Origin: Perkinsus olseni
Taxonomy: Eukaryota
Length of the DNA stretch: 46,771 bases
Reading direction: 5' to 3'
NCBI GenBank assembly: GCA_013115125.1
Contig: JABANN010000257.1
Location: 1-46,771 of the forward strand
The translations under genes were made by a program, and so were the position numbers. This document shows, piece after piece, positions 1-11,363 of this stretch. The notes beneath the pieces were generated by a model, which saw only the letters and a list, made by a program, of their open reading frames with translations, was not told where the DNA came from and did no database searches. Numbering within the stretch: the first letter of the stretch is position 1; the number at the start of each line of letters is the position of its first letter.

Positions 1-72
1 CGGGTACGGAGCCGTACTCGTACCCGTACCGTACTTCGTACTAGACCGTACCCGTACTGTCGCCCACCTCTA
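1..72 (-). mobile_element. Terminus of a probable hAT-superfamily DNA transposon or MITE (element continues left of the window)
   Basis: The reverse complement of 1-72 starts TAGAGGTGGGCGACAGTACGGGTACGG. A TAGAGGTGGGC start is typical of hAT terminal inverted repeats. It is followed by a dense subterminal array of (C)CGTAC motifs in both orientations (e.g. gtacggagccgtac at 4-17). The partner end and transposase are not in the window. Confidence 0.55.
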
Positions 73-300
73 TTGCTTTACCTGGACAAGAGTAGTATAG
101 ACGGCAAGATATATGAAGAGGTTATGAGGTAGGGAAGGTGTGGTACTACAACATGGATCTGGTCTCACTTCGAGCCAGTCGATACCACAGATCTCTTTGC
201 TACTGATCCAATGCTCGTGTGCGAGTTATTGGAGGAAATGTTATCCAATAGAAAAAGGCATAAGCAGGAAATTATATCATTAGAAATTGGCGGTACCAGT
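73..300 (+). pseudogene. Possible degenerate chromodomain-like fragment (retroelement remnant?)
   Basis: One frame reads LLYLDKSSIDGKIYEEVMR*GRCGTTTWIWSHFEPVDTTDLFATDPMLVCELLEE. This loosely follows the chromodomain pattern Y.V.W...(W/F)EP..L...P.L..E if the TAG replaced a TGG. Weak similarity only. Confidence 0.2.
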
Positions 301-1009
301 GAGTAGTAGACAAGACCAAGTAGTAGACAACCATTCAGTAGGGGGGTTTACTAGTTCATCGTCCATGGCCACACCCTCCTCATCCCTCATTCCCGACCAT
401 CGGCTCCCTCGTACTGCATCGGACGTCTCTGGGGCTGTTGATAGCACCACCATCACCAACGTCCCTGCAGTAGGGCCCACACCTGATGATGATGCAGTCG
501 CTGTTCCGCCTAGGAGTAGTCGAAGAGCCACAGTATTTGCCGCTAAGATATTCACCTCTGGTACTGACCACTGTGGCGGCGTTGATGAGCATGGTCCTCT
601 CAGGGTCATCAATGGCAGTGGATCATAGTCTTGCAGTGGATAAGAGAGAGTCTATGGCACTCGAGCTATCAGCGTCTGGCAGTTTGGAACCTCAGAAGGT
701 ACTACGAAGAGGGAACCGTCATTGAGACAGCGCGATCGTTGTGGCGTCTGGCATCCTAGCGATTGAGTCGGCGAAGTCGGGGAGTCCTGCCTCTCGCCTA
801 TACCACTCTTTTGTTTCATCTGACGAGAGCGCAAATGTGCCCTCCGCCCCACTGCATTACAATGCAACCGGGGCGCCATCGACCATCCTGCGGTGCTCGC
901 TGAAGCTCATAGCGGCATTTTCAACGGCCATGCTTCTCATCCGCCTGCCTCGTATCGATACCGCACATGGAATCTAGGGGTTGCCATTCACCTCGACAAA
1001 TGCTTAGCG

Positions 1010-4000
1010 ATGGTATTACCAGCCGATAGGCTTTCCGCCAACTTAGACTCCGCTGCAGATGGCGGGGTCGCATTTGACTTGAAATTTTCCCCTGCGATAT
1101 TATTAGTAACAATTTGTTACCCTTACTTTCAAAAATCGAAGTTCTTCCACGTGCAAGTGAATATTCGTTAGTGGTTAGGTCCTGGTATTGGAGAACATCT
1201 GTAAGGAGTTAAAGCAGAGGGCCATGGTGGTTGGGGATAGTAACAGGAAAATGGACCTTATACGAAGGGCCACTACGGTACTAGTAGTGTTGACAACATA
1301 GGGCCAACCTGCTCTGCTGCGGACAGGTGCTCTCGTCAACGGCATCCTCGAGTAGTGTGAAGTCCCCACAAGGGTCCCCTCCCGCAACGCCATTGCCATG
1401 CATCAGTCCACAACAGGGAGCCTTCAAGGGCCTAGCCTCGGCCATGATGAGTAAACACATTAAAGCTAGCTGCTCGATCGACTTCAAACTTACCCCGCAA
1501 CATCGTTGATCATTACCGTAGGATGGCACGCTCCGTGCCAGATACCAATCACATCCTCGGTCGGTTGGCCTCCGTCCTGAGGTTCTATCTTTTCGACTGG
1601 AACCTAGGAGTTCGTGTATGTGCCCTGAGGGCCCTGCGTTACACTATGAGACCGGTATCAGCAGGAATTGTGCTGGCTGTGGTAAGGCCCTTACCGTAAG
1701 GGGGTTACACTTTTCTACGAAACCAATATAGTGGATCGTTCATCATCCCAAAAACTTCTGTTTCTTCCAATGCTGCTGTCCGCTGAGTCCAACTACTCCG
1801 GCGTTGGCCTTCCGGTTGCGTATCCCCCTTTCTCCTCTGGTAGATACTGAAGCCCCTGCGCGTGATGGAATTGGTCTGCGTTCGTCTGGAGGTCAGTAAC
1901 GACCGGTGCGAGCGGACGGCGGCCATCAAGTTCATCAGGCGATGGATAAGCCTCGCCCTCATAGACGACCTAGAGGTCGGTCATCAATTTCGTGGCGCGG
2001 TGAAATTGACCGCACATGGTATCATACTATCATCAACCTTAGATACCCATCTGCGCTGTGCGGTCCATGGTAGCTATTGCCGACAGCTTCGCAACGGACG
2101 TTGGACTCAGGAGGTACCTCGCCGTCTCCCTCCGCAACCATGTTATGCCCCTCTTGCAGTTTATGCCTTTCGACCCTGACCACTGTCCTTCTCAAGGACC
2201 CAAGGACTGCTATCAAAAATGGTGCCTTAGGCGTGGGTCTCCTCAACCCCGTCATGTTGCTTTTCATTATCCATTCCAGACACTGTTCAAGTTTGGATGC
2301 CTCGACCCTGTCCTTTCGACGATCCACATGGAGCCAATAGTCTGGACGGTGGTCCACGTCCTCCAAGATGCCAATCTCCGAGCCTATTCTAGAAAGCAAA
2401 TTGCTGTTGACCTCATGCAGGTCTTCACAGTCTTTACTGACTACCGAGGTGAGCCACTATGGGAGGTCGACTGCCGCTGCGTGACAGGCCTTATCGAAGT
2501 GACTGTTCCCGCTTGTACCTCCCGTGCAGTGTTGAATGACCTTGTCTTCGGCCCTCGTCCAAGCGTTGCTCATCTCGGTCCCTCATAGGCTGCCTGTGTG
2601 ACGCTACTCCCTTCGTGTGGATTGTTGTTGTTCAGGAGGGGAGGGGGTCCCAACTCCCACAGAGCCGCTAAGAGGAGCGAGACAATCTCAGAAGACTGCC
2701 GCGGATGAGGTCCACGAGATACGATGTCGGTGTGCGAGGAGGTGTATATGCACACTTCTATGTAGGCTGCCTCGTCTCGCCTTTACAGGCTCAGGCCTTG
2801 CCCCACTAGGTACCGTCCCGGGTCTTCTACTACTGGCAGACAACTGTGAGGGACTGGCGTCCCTCATCAGCCTACTGAAGAAGCCTAACGACATGTAGGT
2901 TCCTCTGCTTCGAATGCATCATCACGACGTAAACTGTTGTCTGCTCATCCTCGTTCTCCTCAATCGTGTGCACGCCAAGGGCATCAGCTGACGACGCTAA
3001 CGGCCATGGCCTTCTTTCAGGATGATAGTCAAGGAGCTTCTCACGTTGTTCCAAGACGTCCTGGGGTGGTGGTGCGTGCCCCAGTTCGAGAGCTCCTCGG
3101 CCATTTATTGTGAGTCCGTAGCCGATGAGATCCGCCTCCCAGGCCACTCTGTCGACCAGCCTCTCTCCTCGTCCCTCCTTCAACGTTGTTCGCTTTCAGC
3201 CGATAGTAGCGACTTGCCAACCAAGTTTGATTCCGTCGGTAACAGTGAGGACACCCAGGCGTTGTTGGTGCATCACGGCCTGTTCAGCTGGGACCACCCG
3301 CGGTGAGTCATAGCAGGAAGAGGCCACGGTGCCACTGCACGAGCCGCGTTGCCAGGTCCAGGACGCGTGGAGCTAGCGTTCTGACGGTGGGCCGCGGCAG
3401 ATCATACACGGGGTTGAACGAGGAGCCTAAGTCGGTAGGTTTCGGGAAATTTACGGTTATCGATCACAAGGGAACTGCTCGCCTGCTGGCCTCGTTGCTA
3501 CCCATGCCGATCATCTATAGGGTATTCGGGTTCTTCGTAGGCTACTTCTCCCTCACTGATCCCCTGAGAGCTTCCTGCATCGGTAAACAGGACGTCCATC
3601 GTAGCTCAATACAGCCAACAACAATGGGTCCCGCGCAGCCGCACTATGTGAAACCAGACCAGTGAGAACGAATTCAGGTCTCACCTCGGGAATTGACGAG
3701 AGAGCGACGAAGAGAACGCGTTCAACGCAATCATTTCCTAAAGAAACGAGAGCCTTTCTTCGGTTCGTCACGTTTCACCCTTCACTGAAACTACTTAGTA
3801 TCACCTTTATTTTCGCCATTCCCACTGCGCACAATCTCTATCAATTTCTGAAGCTCTGAAGAGAAGCGAGATTGGCATGTCTGTAGATGCCTTGTAGTAT
3901 GGTCGTGCGGCCTGCATCTCCGCCTCGCGTATGACCGATTCTCGGCATCGTTCCCGTAGGTCCTAGTGTGCCGCAAGGAGCCGCCGATGGACATGACCCG

Positions 4001-7000
4001 AGTCTTCGGTACGTCATCGTCGTCGTTCCGTCCTCCTCATCGATATCTCCCTCCATTTCCTGCCTCCCCCAGGTTCCTTACTCCTGCGGATGCTACTGAC
4101 ATTCGGCTTGTCATCGGCGGTTTCCTACCTCGCCACCATGGCCGATCCCAATAGTGAGCCTGTTGCACACCAAGCCACCAGTCTAGTGGATACGGTAAGG
4201 AGGGACCCCCCAGAGGAGCTCCTCTGACGTCCCCTCCTGCTGCGACAGATCCTCCGCTGCGTGACCATCCTCCTACCAGCTGCCTCCTTTCCTGACATAC
4301 ACCACATGACATCCATCGTCACCAGGGCGGCAAACTTCGACCAGGGTAGTCCTCCACTTCGCCCCGTCCGAAAGAGCGTCCCAATGCCCAGCTGCTTTCA
4401 GACAAGACCTCCGTCCAGCTGCGGTCAAGATGCCTCTCTATTCTCACGTGGCTCGAGACCGACACCCACCTCACCTGGACGAGCTATCGAAGCCTCGGGT
4501 ACCCAGGCGTTTACTGGTGCCTCCCTTCCCGAGTAAGTCCCCTCCTACCCGCATGTTGATATGGCTCGCCGCAGGTCCCTGAGCTGTCCGATAACGATGC
4601 CAGCATGAGTTGCTACGAGTACGGTGTGAACTCCGTGGGCTGCCTGTCCTGGCAGGGCATGTTGAGAATCGTCCAACAGCCCCAGTTCGTACCTAACGCC
4701 ACCGCCTATCCCCTGGGGGTGAGCCACTTGGGCTGATCTCATCCTTGCCGATGGTGGCTGCAGGTCATCGCTGGCAGCAGTGGCGATAGAATCGACTGGA
4801 GCAACAAGGAGCATGTCATGAAGGTGTTGTTCCTCACTTCAGGCGACATCCCCGCACCACTGCGCCCATCAGGTCCTCCGAGAGTCCAAAGTATTGAGTA
4901 CAAGAGACTACAGTCTTTGGCATTGGCCGACGATTCATCGTGTGGTGGCCCATGGCTGTATCGATCATGGTGGTTACCATTCTGTCGCCTTCGAGTGCAT
5001 GCTCGAGACCGATTTTCTCAAGAAACTTCTGCGCTTTTTCTCACCCAGTAGGCGCCCTTCTGCTGTGCATACCTACGCCACACTTGGACGCGTTGCTGCC
5101 TTCAGTCAAACACCATCATTACCGTCATCATCACCGTACGCGGAGCTCATGGAGTGCCTTCACAACACGGACCATGACGGATCTAATGGAGCTGGAGAAC
5201 GAGAGTGCCACCAGCAGTGTTAACGATGGCGCCAGCCAGGCCCCGGTGGCGAACCCCATCTTCGGCTCCCAGCCGTGGAATGGTCAGTCCCTCGCTCTAG
5301 CCAGGCTGGCCAATACCCTCTTGGCCCTGGTGGTATCGCACAAGGAGGCGCGCGAGAAATACCTGGGGTAGGGCCGTCGGCCGAATGTCATGGTGATAGC
5401 GAGGTTCCCTCAGGGAACCCGAAGATGCCCCGCCGCAGGACGGCCCGGCGGCTGACGATGGTCAACAACAAGCGCGTCGTCGCCATCACCCCCACACCTT
5501 CACTGAGGACCTGGCGAAGATGCTCAATGAGTCCATCACAGGGGCCGAACGACATATTCAATCTGACAGGAAGTTGTCTAGCTGGTTAGATATCACCGGC
5601 AGAAGGGCTCGGACCAGGGGGCTCAGCGGCCTCTCTGAGGACACGTAGGTCGTTATCGGCCGCCGCTGCTGTCGTCGATGGCTGTGACTTCATAAGGAAG
5701 ACGAGCCGTTTGATATGAGTGTATGAGCACCTCTCGAACGCCATCTTATGGTTGATGTCGAAAACCACGTCCGTGATGCTGTGGCTGGCCCTTCCTAAGG
5801 GGCGCCTTCGTGGTCGCACCTTGATGAGGTGAAGGCATCCTCCTCCTCCTCCTGTATCAGGTCCCGGTCGTCCCCCGTCGCCGAGTCTTACGCCGCTACC
5901 AACATCTTCACCAACGCCAGTACGAAGTCAGCGCCTGTTATCCCGGAGGAGGCCAGAGACCATCCTAGGGCACAGTCCCCAGAGGGGTGTCGGACAGAGA
6001 GGGTCGGCAGCTGGGGGCAGCCGGTCCCCAATGACCCTCCCTTGTCGAGGGCAGACCCAGCAGTACAGAGTGGACTCAAGTGGGCCGCCAAGGACGCAGC
6101 CGACAGTACGCAGGAGTCCGGCTCATCGCTATTGCCCCCTCTGCTGGCCACACACTTCCATCCAGGTCTAACGAGGCCTGCTGATGCAGGAGGTATCGTG
6201 GAGCAGTTCAGGAAGCTGAGTCGTGAGTACGGCGCCATGATCGGGGTGAGGAGGAGAGGGGAGGGGTGTCCATCACCCCTTGGTCAGCGTTGTACTCCTG
6301 CTGCTGCAGGTCCTGTCCTCCACTAGAGAGGGAGTAGGCCTCCTCCAGAAGTACGACATTTACCGTCTCATCTACCGTATGGTGCTCATATCATCATTGG
6401 ACCCCTTCACAGCCTCTGTCCTCTCCTGCCTCTCCTTGGGTGTTGCGAGACGCAATCGTGAGTCCCGCCGCTTCTGAAGCGCTACTAACGGTAACGCCGT
6501 CATCCCCTCAGGCAAGGCCATGGAGGCGGCATTGACCAACGGCTCAGCATACTTGCAGTGCTTTGTCGTGTCCCTTCTTACCAGCCTCACTCATATCGAT
6601 ACAACTCGGAGCTTCGAGAGCGACGCCACAGCCCTCACCAACAGCGACGTACAGTATGTCGTAGGTGAGTTGTTCACTCACCACCGCCTCTGAGGGTGGA
6701 GGGACGGTGGTTGGATTTTCGTCCTCTCCAACTGTTCGAGCCCTCTGCTGAGGCCTCTAGAACAGCGTTCAGGAGATGGGCCCTGTTATCGTCTCTGTGC
6801 ATGTCAGATCCAGAGGAAGGGTCGACTGGTGTCGGTGGTGGTGAAGGCGTGGCACATTGCGGTAGGCGTATGGCTAGTCCCTATGATGACACCTGTTGGT
6901 GGGATGATGATACCACCAGCAACAACCCCACCGCCGCTACCGCTATCGGGGTAGGCGCAGTAGGCGGCGGCGGCACACGGCGGCCAACACCCTTCCCCAG

Positions 7001-10000
7001 TTCTAGGGTACCCGGTATGAAGTTGGGGAAGGGCCACCATGCAGTTCGAATGCCGAGTAAGGCTCCCCTCCTCCGCCACTTCTCTTATCATCATAGAGTC
7101 GTCAGGTCAACCTCGAAGACGTGCAGCACCGAGCTTCGACAGTCGTCAAGATATCGCCGGTAATAACCGTAACCCACCGGTCGCTACTCCACCTCCTATC
7201 ACCCTCGAATGGTTCAGGGCCCATGACTAGCAGCAAGAAAAGAGCGACGACCATCGATTCCGGCGGGGAGGATGGGGACCCCGACTCCGTCATCCCGTCC
7301 ACTGTATCCCGTATCAATCCCGGAGAGGTCGACTTCCTGCGCTGGGCTACAAGCGTGAGCCACTGGTGTCACCAGTCACCTCTCCTGCACCACTGCATCT
7401 AGGTCCTCGTGAAGCACTTAGAGTTGGACATCGCCGGGTCTCAGGCCATGGCCCAAACCGCTCTGGCTTCGATGGGCTACGTCGCGTTGTAAGCCCCTTG
7501 CCGCCAAGGGTGGCCTCTGCCTTACTATGCTCGTAGCTAGGTACTACAACACCGACCATGTTGTCCTAGACGAGATGGTCAAGTACGGCGGGTCCCTCAG
7601 TGACCTCGATTGCCCTGTGCGGCTTTGCCTTCTCTCTAATGAGGAGATGTGTCAGAAGCACATCCTGGACGGTTGGCTAGAGGCGGAGTGGCAGCGATGG
7701 GTGGACGAGGAGATGAAACGATACGTACGGTGATGGTCAATGTGGTCGCCAGTCCACCCGTACCCGACACAGGTGGACGTGCTCGATCTCCTCTGGACTG
7801 AACGTGTCAAGCACGCTATCGTGGGGTTCCATGGGGAGGCCCTGGCGGACAAGGATCGAGCTGATAAGCTGGGTATAGTCTTCAACGGGTCTGCTCTACT
7901 ACTTCGTACTACGACTCCGTATGCAGGTATAGCAGGGAGCAAGAGTGATGAGTTCCCTCCACCATCCCAGTCACAGCGGGACCCAGCATTTGTCCTACCA
8001 AACCCGTCTTATCTCAAACCAACTGTCAACTACAAATACCAGAGCCTCCAGTACGTTCCACTGCTTTCGCCTCCGTCATCATCATCACTACCATCATTAC
8101 CAAAGTTGTCGACATTGTCATTGTTATTATTACCAGGTACCCGTGGCTGCTGCGGCTGCCGTGGTACATCTCAGTGAAGTTCAACAACGAATCCTTCTCT
8201 GTTGGTGGCTTGGTGTCGAGGAGAATATCTGTGAAGATACTCAAACAGCTCAAGGCCTACTCCGTTTTGGTATCTTTCTGCTTGTTTCTTGCCAGGATCA
8301 ACCTCCATTCATCGTCCTCCTTCAGTCCCACAACATCCTAGAAGCCGGCCCACTAGCTCATCTCGTTGTGGCTGCCCCCGTACCGCTCGAAGTTGACGAA
8401 GATTCCCAAAAGACGGACTTCCAGGTTGCCCTGTGCATCGGCTCTCAGTAGAACTGATCATCAGCAGCCCAATCAACGACCCACGCCCTTCTCTCTAGGT
8501 ACTGCTCCGTGTATGGCGGTGGTTTGGTGTCCGACCCTGAGTGGTGCACCATCCCGATCGCCGATATGAGGAGGGATGCCCTTGCTATCGACGGAGAGGA
8601 GGAGGCCATCTGCGGGAAGTATCATCGCTGGTACCTCACTATCATCATCTTCCGTACCACACCAATCGTAACTTATATCAGGCAATGCCCTAGAAGTGGA
8701 GTTATCGTCACTTTCATACTCGGTAACGACGGCAAGATACGAGTCCGATCGGTCGGCTTCCCCATCCGCTTCGAGCCCAGCAGTTCAACGCCAATCTCCA
8801 TCATCCCACCGCTGCACATCTGCAGGTCAGCTCATCCTCTCACTCACTACGTCGCCGGCTACCTCCTATCCTTCAGGCCCTTGGCGAGTACCGCAGCTGG
8901 AATCACTTGGTTGAGGCAGAACAAACTACCGGTACGCAGCCGTCATGTGGCTCGACGCTCCCTTCTTAGTGAGCATCCGTTGCCCTGGTTCGTCACCTCT
9001 GGTGCGTTGAGGCCGCACGGTTCGTCACGTTTTTCCTTATTTTTCCTCAGTGGCTCATCGATGCCCGAGAGCATCTAGAGCGTTGCCTTGCCGGCGATGC
9101 GGAGTACTCCGACGCAGAGAGTCAGTCGCAATGCCGAGTCTACATGTGGATGGTGGGTGCTGCTTCGACTTCTGCCCGCGTCATCAGTTCCCTGCATCAG
9201 TTCGCGAATATCGGTGCTGGAGGAGAACTTGGAGTGGCTCTCATGGAGGACATAGGGGCATTGGAGACCCTGGTAAAGATGGCAACTGAATGTAAACATC
9301 TCTGCCTTCGAGGTGAGAAAGTCCACCCTCTCCTCCTCCTCCACTCCTGCGTCGTCAGGCTCGGCGATCTACGCCTTGTCTTTGCTTTGTTCGGTGCCAA
9401 GTGCTCAGCAGCCTCTCCTCAATCTCGGATGGGACCCGGTCGTCCACGGCCCGATCGATATCGAGAAGTTCCTCCAGCAGGTGGATAAGGAAGACGAGAA
9501 ACCTCTCGACGAAGAGATGTAACACCTTCCCATTGTCTCGCATCGCTCCGCCGTACTTTGTTCTATTCTTCCCCGTCGCATTCACGGAGTGGTCAGGTCC
9601 TCGACAGAGGAGTCCAGTGACTTGTCTAGCTCCTCCACAGCTTCCTCATTGGACTTGTCGGTCGTAGAAGTTGATGGCGCCGGTAGGAGGACTCGCCCCC
9701 TTGCTTCGGACTATCGGCTTGCCTTCACCTCAGGTCCAAACCGCACTACTTCACCGTTGTTCTGCTCCTCGGACGCCGAAGACGAGGCACACGAAGCTTC
9801 AGCCGCTAATACGAGTAGGCCCTCCTTCTCCTCATGGGGCAGAACGAGTCGTGCGACAGCTGTCAGCCAGCTGTCGCTAGGAGGCTCAGCTTGCCATAGT
9901 CGCCCGGGAGCTCGTTGCTTTCGACTCCGACCGTTCACTCTCAGGGTCTTCACCACGCGCGATGCGCAGAGCCGGGTCGGAGAACATGTTTGATCGTTAT

Positions 10001-10793
10001 CGGCATCCCTACATGAACCATGGTGATGCTTCTGATGCATTGTCAGCATCTTCAGAAGAAGATGCTGAGGCTGCTTCCCTCAAAAGACTCCTTGCGGCCA
10101 ACCCATTCTCGGCCCTGTCGCCATCAGTATACAGTAAGAGTCTCCCATCCAGCGTAAGAAAGCGTTCACCCGCCTCAGCAGGTCCCAATGGGGAAGGCGA
10201 GGCCGATCTGAGCTATGCCACGAGGAAAGCACGGCAAGACCACAAAGACGCAGCCGACAGCAGCAGTAGCAGCAGTAGCAGCAGTACAGATTCCGACCTC
10301 GCTAAGATGGAACGTAACGTGCAACTTGTGACCTGTTGCCGCCATTGGTCAGCCGAATTTCAGGCGAAGCTCCCTCAGCAGTCGGCCCTTTACCAGTATT
10401 CACGAGCGAGAAATCACGTGGAAGACGGAGAGGGACGACCGCACCTCGGCGGGCCTTCTATAAAGAATACACGCCCGAACATGCCGAGGTAAGCGAACAG
10501 CTTATAGTTGCTTGTGCTTAGCCCTAGCCTCTCCTCTATGTTGCCCTGGTCAGGTGCTACGGCATTTGACGGCGCTCTGCAATACAGTGGCCTACAAGGA
10601 GTCGCATAAGTTTCTCATCCGGAAGAAGCACAGCGAACCGCATCTGTTTCAATCTGTCGGCCTGTGGCTTCGTATTCACAAGCGTATGTTAAAATTACAT
10701 TTCCCTCTAGCGACACGAAGGGTTATCGACAACTTGTTCGATTATGTGTTTTTAGACTTTGATGCGTTGGATTATCTCGATAATCTCAAGTAG
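1010..10793 (+). CDS. RICTOR: RICTOR / Avo3 / Pianissimo homolog (TORC2 scaffold subunit), multi-exon
   Basis: Manually spliced exons give RICTOR-like blocks in the expected order: ~1522-1681 LASVLRFYLFDWNLGVRVCALRALRY (cf. human LRLALLNEAKEVRAAGLRALRY); ~1843-1975 RLEVSNDRCERTAAIKFIRRWI (cf. SNEVERTQALRLVRKMI); ~2275-2448 EPIVWTVVHVLQDANLRAY..VDLMQVFTVFTD (cf. EALITTILHLLNHPKTRQY..VELERILAPYTD); ~4065-4344 ATSLVDT|ILRCVTILLP..IHHMTSIVTRAANFD (cf. ATILLGELLHMANTILP..LHCLPTLMNMAASFD); ~7650-7725 GWLEAEWQRWVDEEMKRYV; ~9130-9440 MWM|FANIGAGGELG..LVKMATECKHLCLR|GSAIYALSLL..LLNLGWDPV (cf. LWALGNIGSSNWG..LKLAKQCEVLSIRGTCVYVLGLI..LKCHNWDAV); last exon 10554-10793 VLRHLTALCNTV..KKHSEPHLF..FPLATRRVIDNLF (cf. 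VLRLVINLSSSV..KEKYPQTF..FRLPCRRFIQELF). ATG 1010 splices in phase through intron 1067-1178. The start and many internal exon boundaries are approximate. Confidence 0.85.
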
Positions 10794-10815
10794 GAATGCA
10801 GTGTCCTGTTTTTTG

Positions 10816-10821
10816 AATAAA
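10816..10821 (+). promoter_or_regulatory. Possible polyadenylation signal of the RICTOR gene
   Basis: AATAAA lies 22 nt after the RICTOR stop codon, preceded by a T-run. Use of this signal in the organism is not established. Confidence 0.25.
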
Positions 10822-11363
10822 GGCCTTGTAGTTTATGAGTGGGAGTATGATAAATCATTTGGCGGTTGGAGAGAGCTCATCCAGGCTCATCTCACTAAGC
10901 CAGCTCTCGCCGCTGCAGTTAAAACTCGGAGGCACTAATGAGTAGCCGTTTATGCTTTCATGTTCACTACTTGCGTGCGCGATTGGTATGACTGTTACTC
11001 AACGGAACAAAAGTAAAATAACAAGGAGCCACCAATTGCACTAGGTTAGACAAACACAGACGATAACTCCAGTAAGCAAACAATCCTCAAACTGAAGAAG
11101 CAAAGATTCACGTCCAATAGTATCACTTCGAGAGACGCGAAAAAAACAATTCTCGAAGCCTGAATGGTTATGGTATTCGAAGGATGAAGAAACATTAGAA
11201 ATAGAGTAGATGACAGCATGTGCAGGAACACAACCTGTGCGAACGAAGCATGTGCGGCAGACTATCTTGAACACATGTTAGAACTCATAACAGGACTGCT
11301 AATACTTGACGTGATCACACGGGAAGGGTCCCCATGCGTTGTTGTTAAAAGCATGGCGCGACG

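Noticed and set aside
1705..4814. Series of minus-strand ORFs (e.g. 2022-2399, 2872-3183, 4545-4814) that looked like a separate gene
   Set aside because: They are antisense shadows of RICTOR exons; the + strand has the splice signals and the family similarity.
7945..8135. His/Cys/Tyr-rich stretch RHHHHYHHYQSCRHCHCYYYQ suggesting a metal-binding motif
   Set aside because: It comes from a TCA/TTA-rich low-complexity tract that most likely lies in a RICTOR intron (GT ~8051 to AG ~8135).
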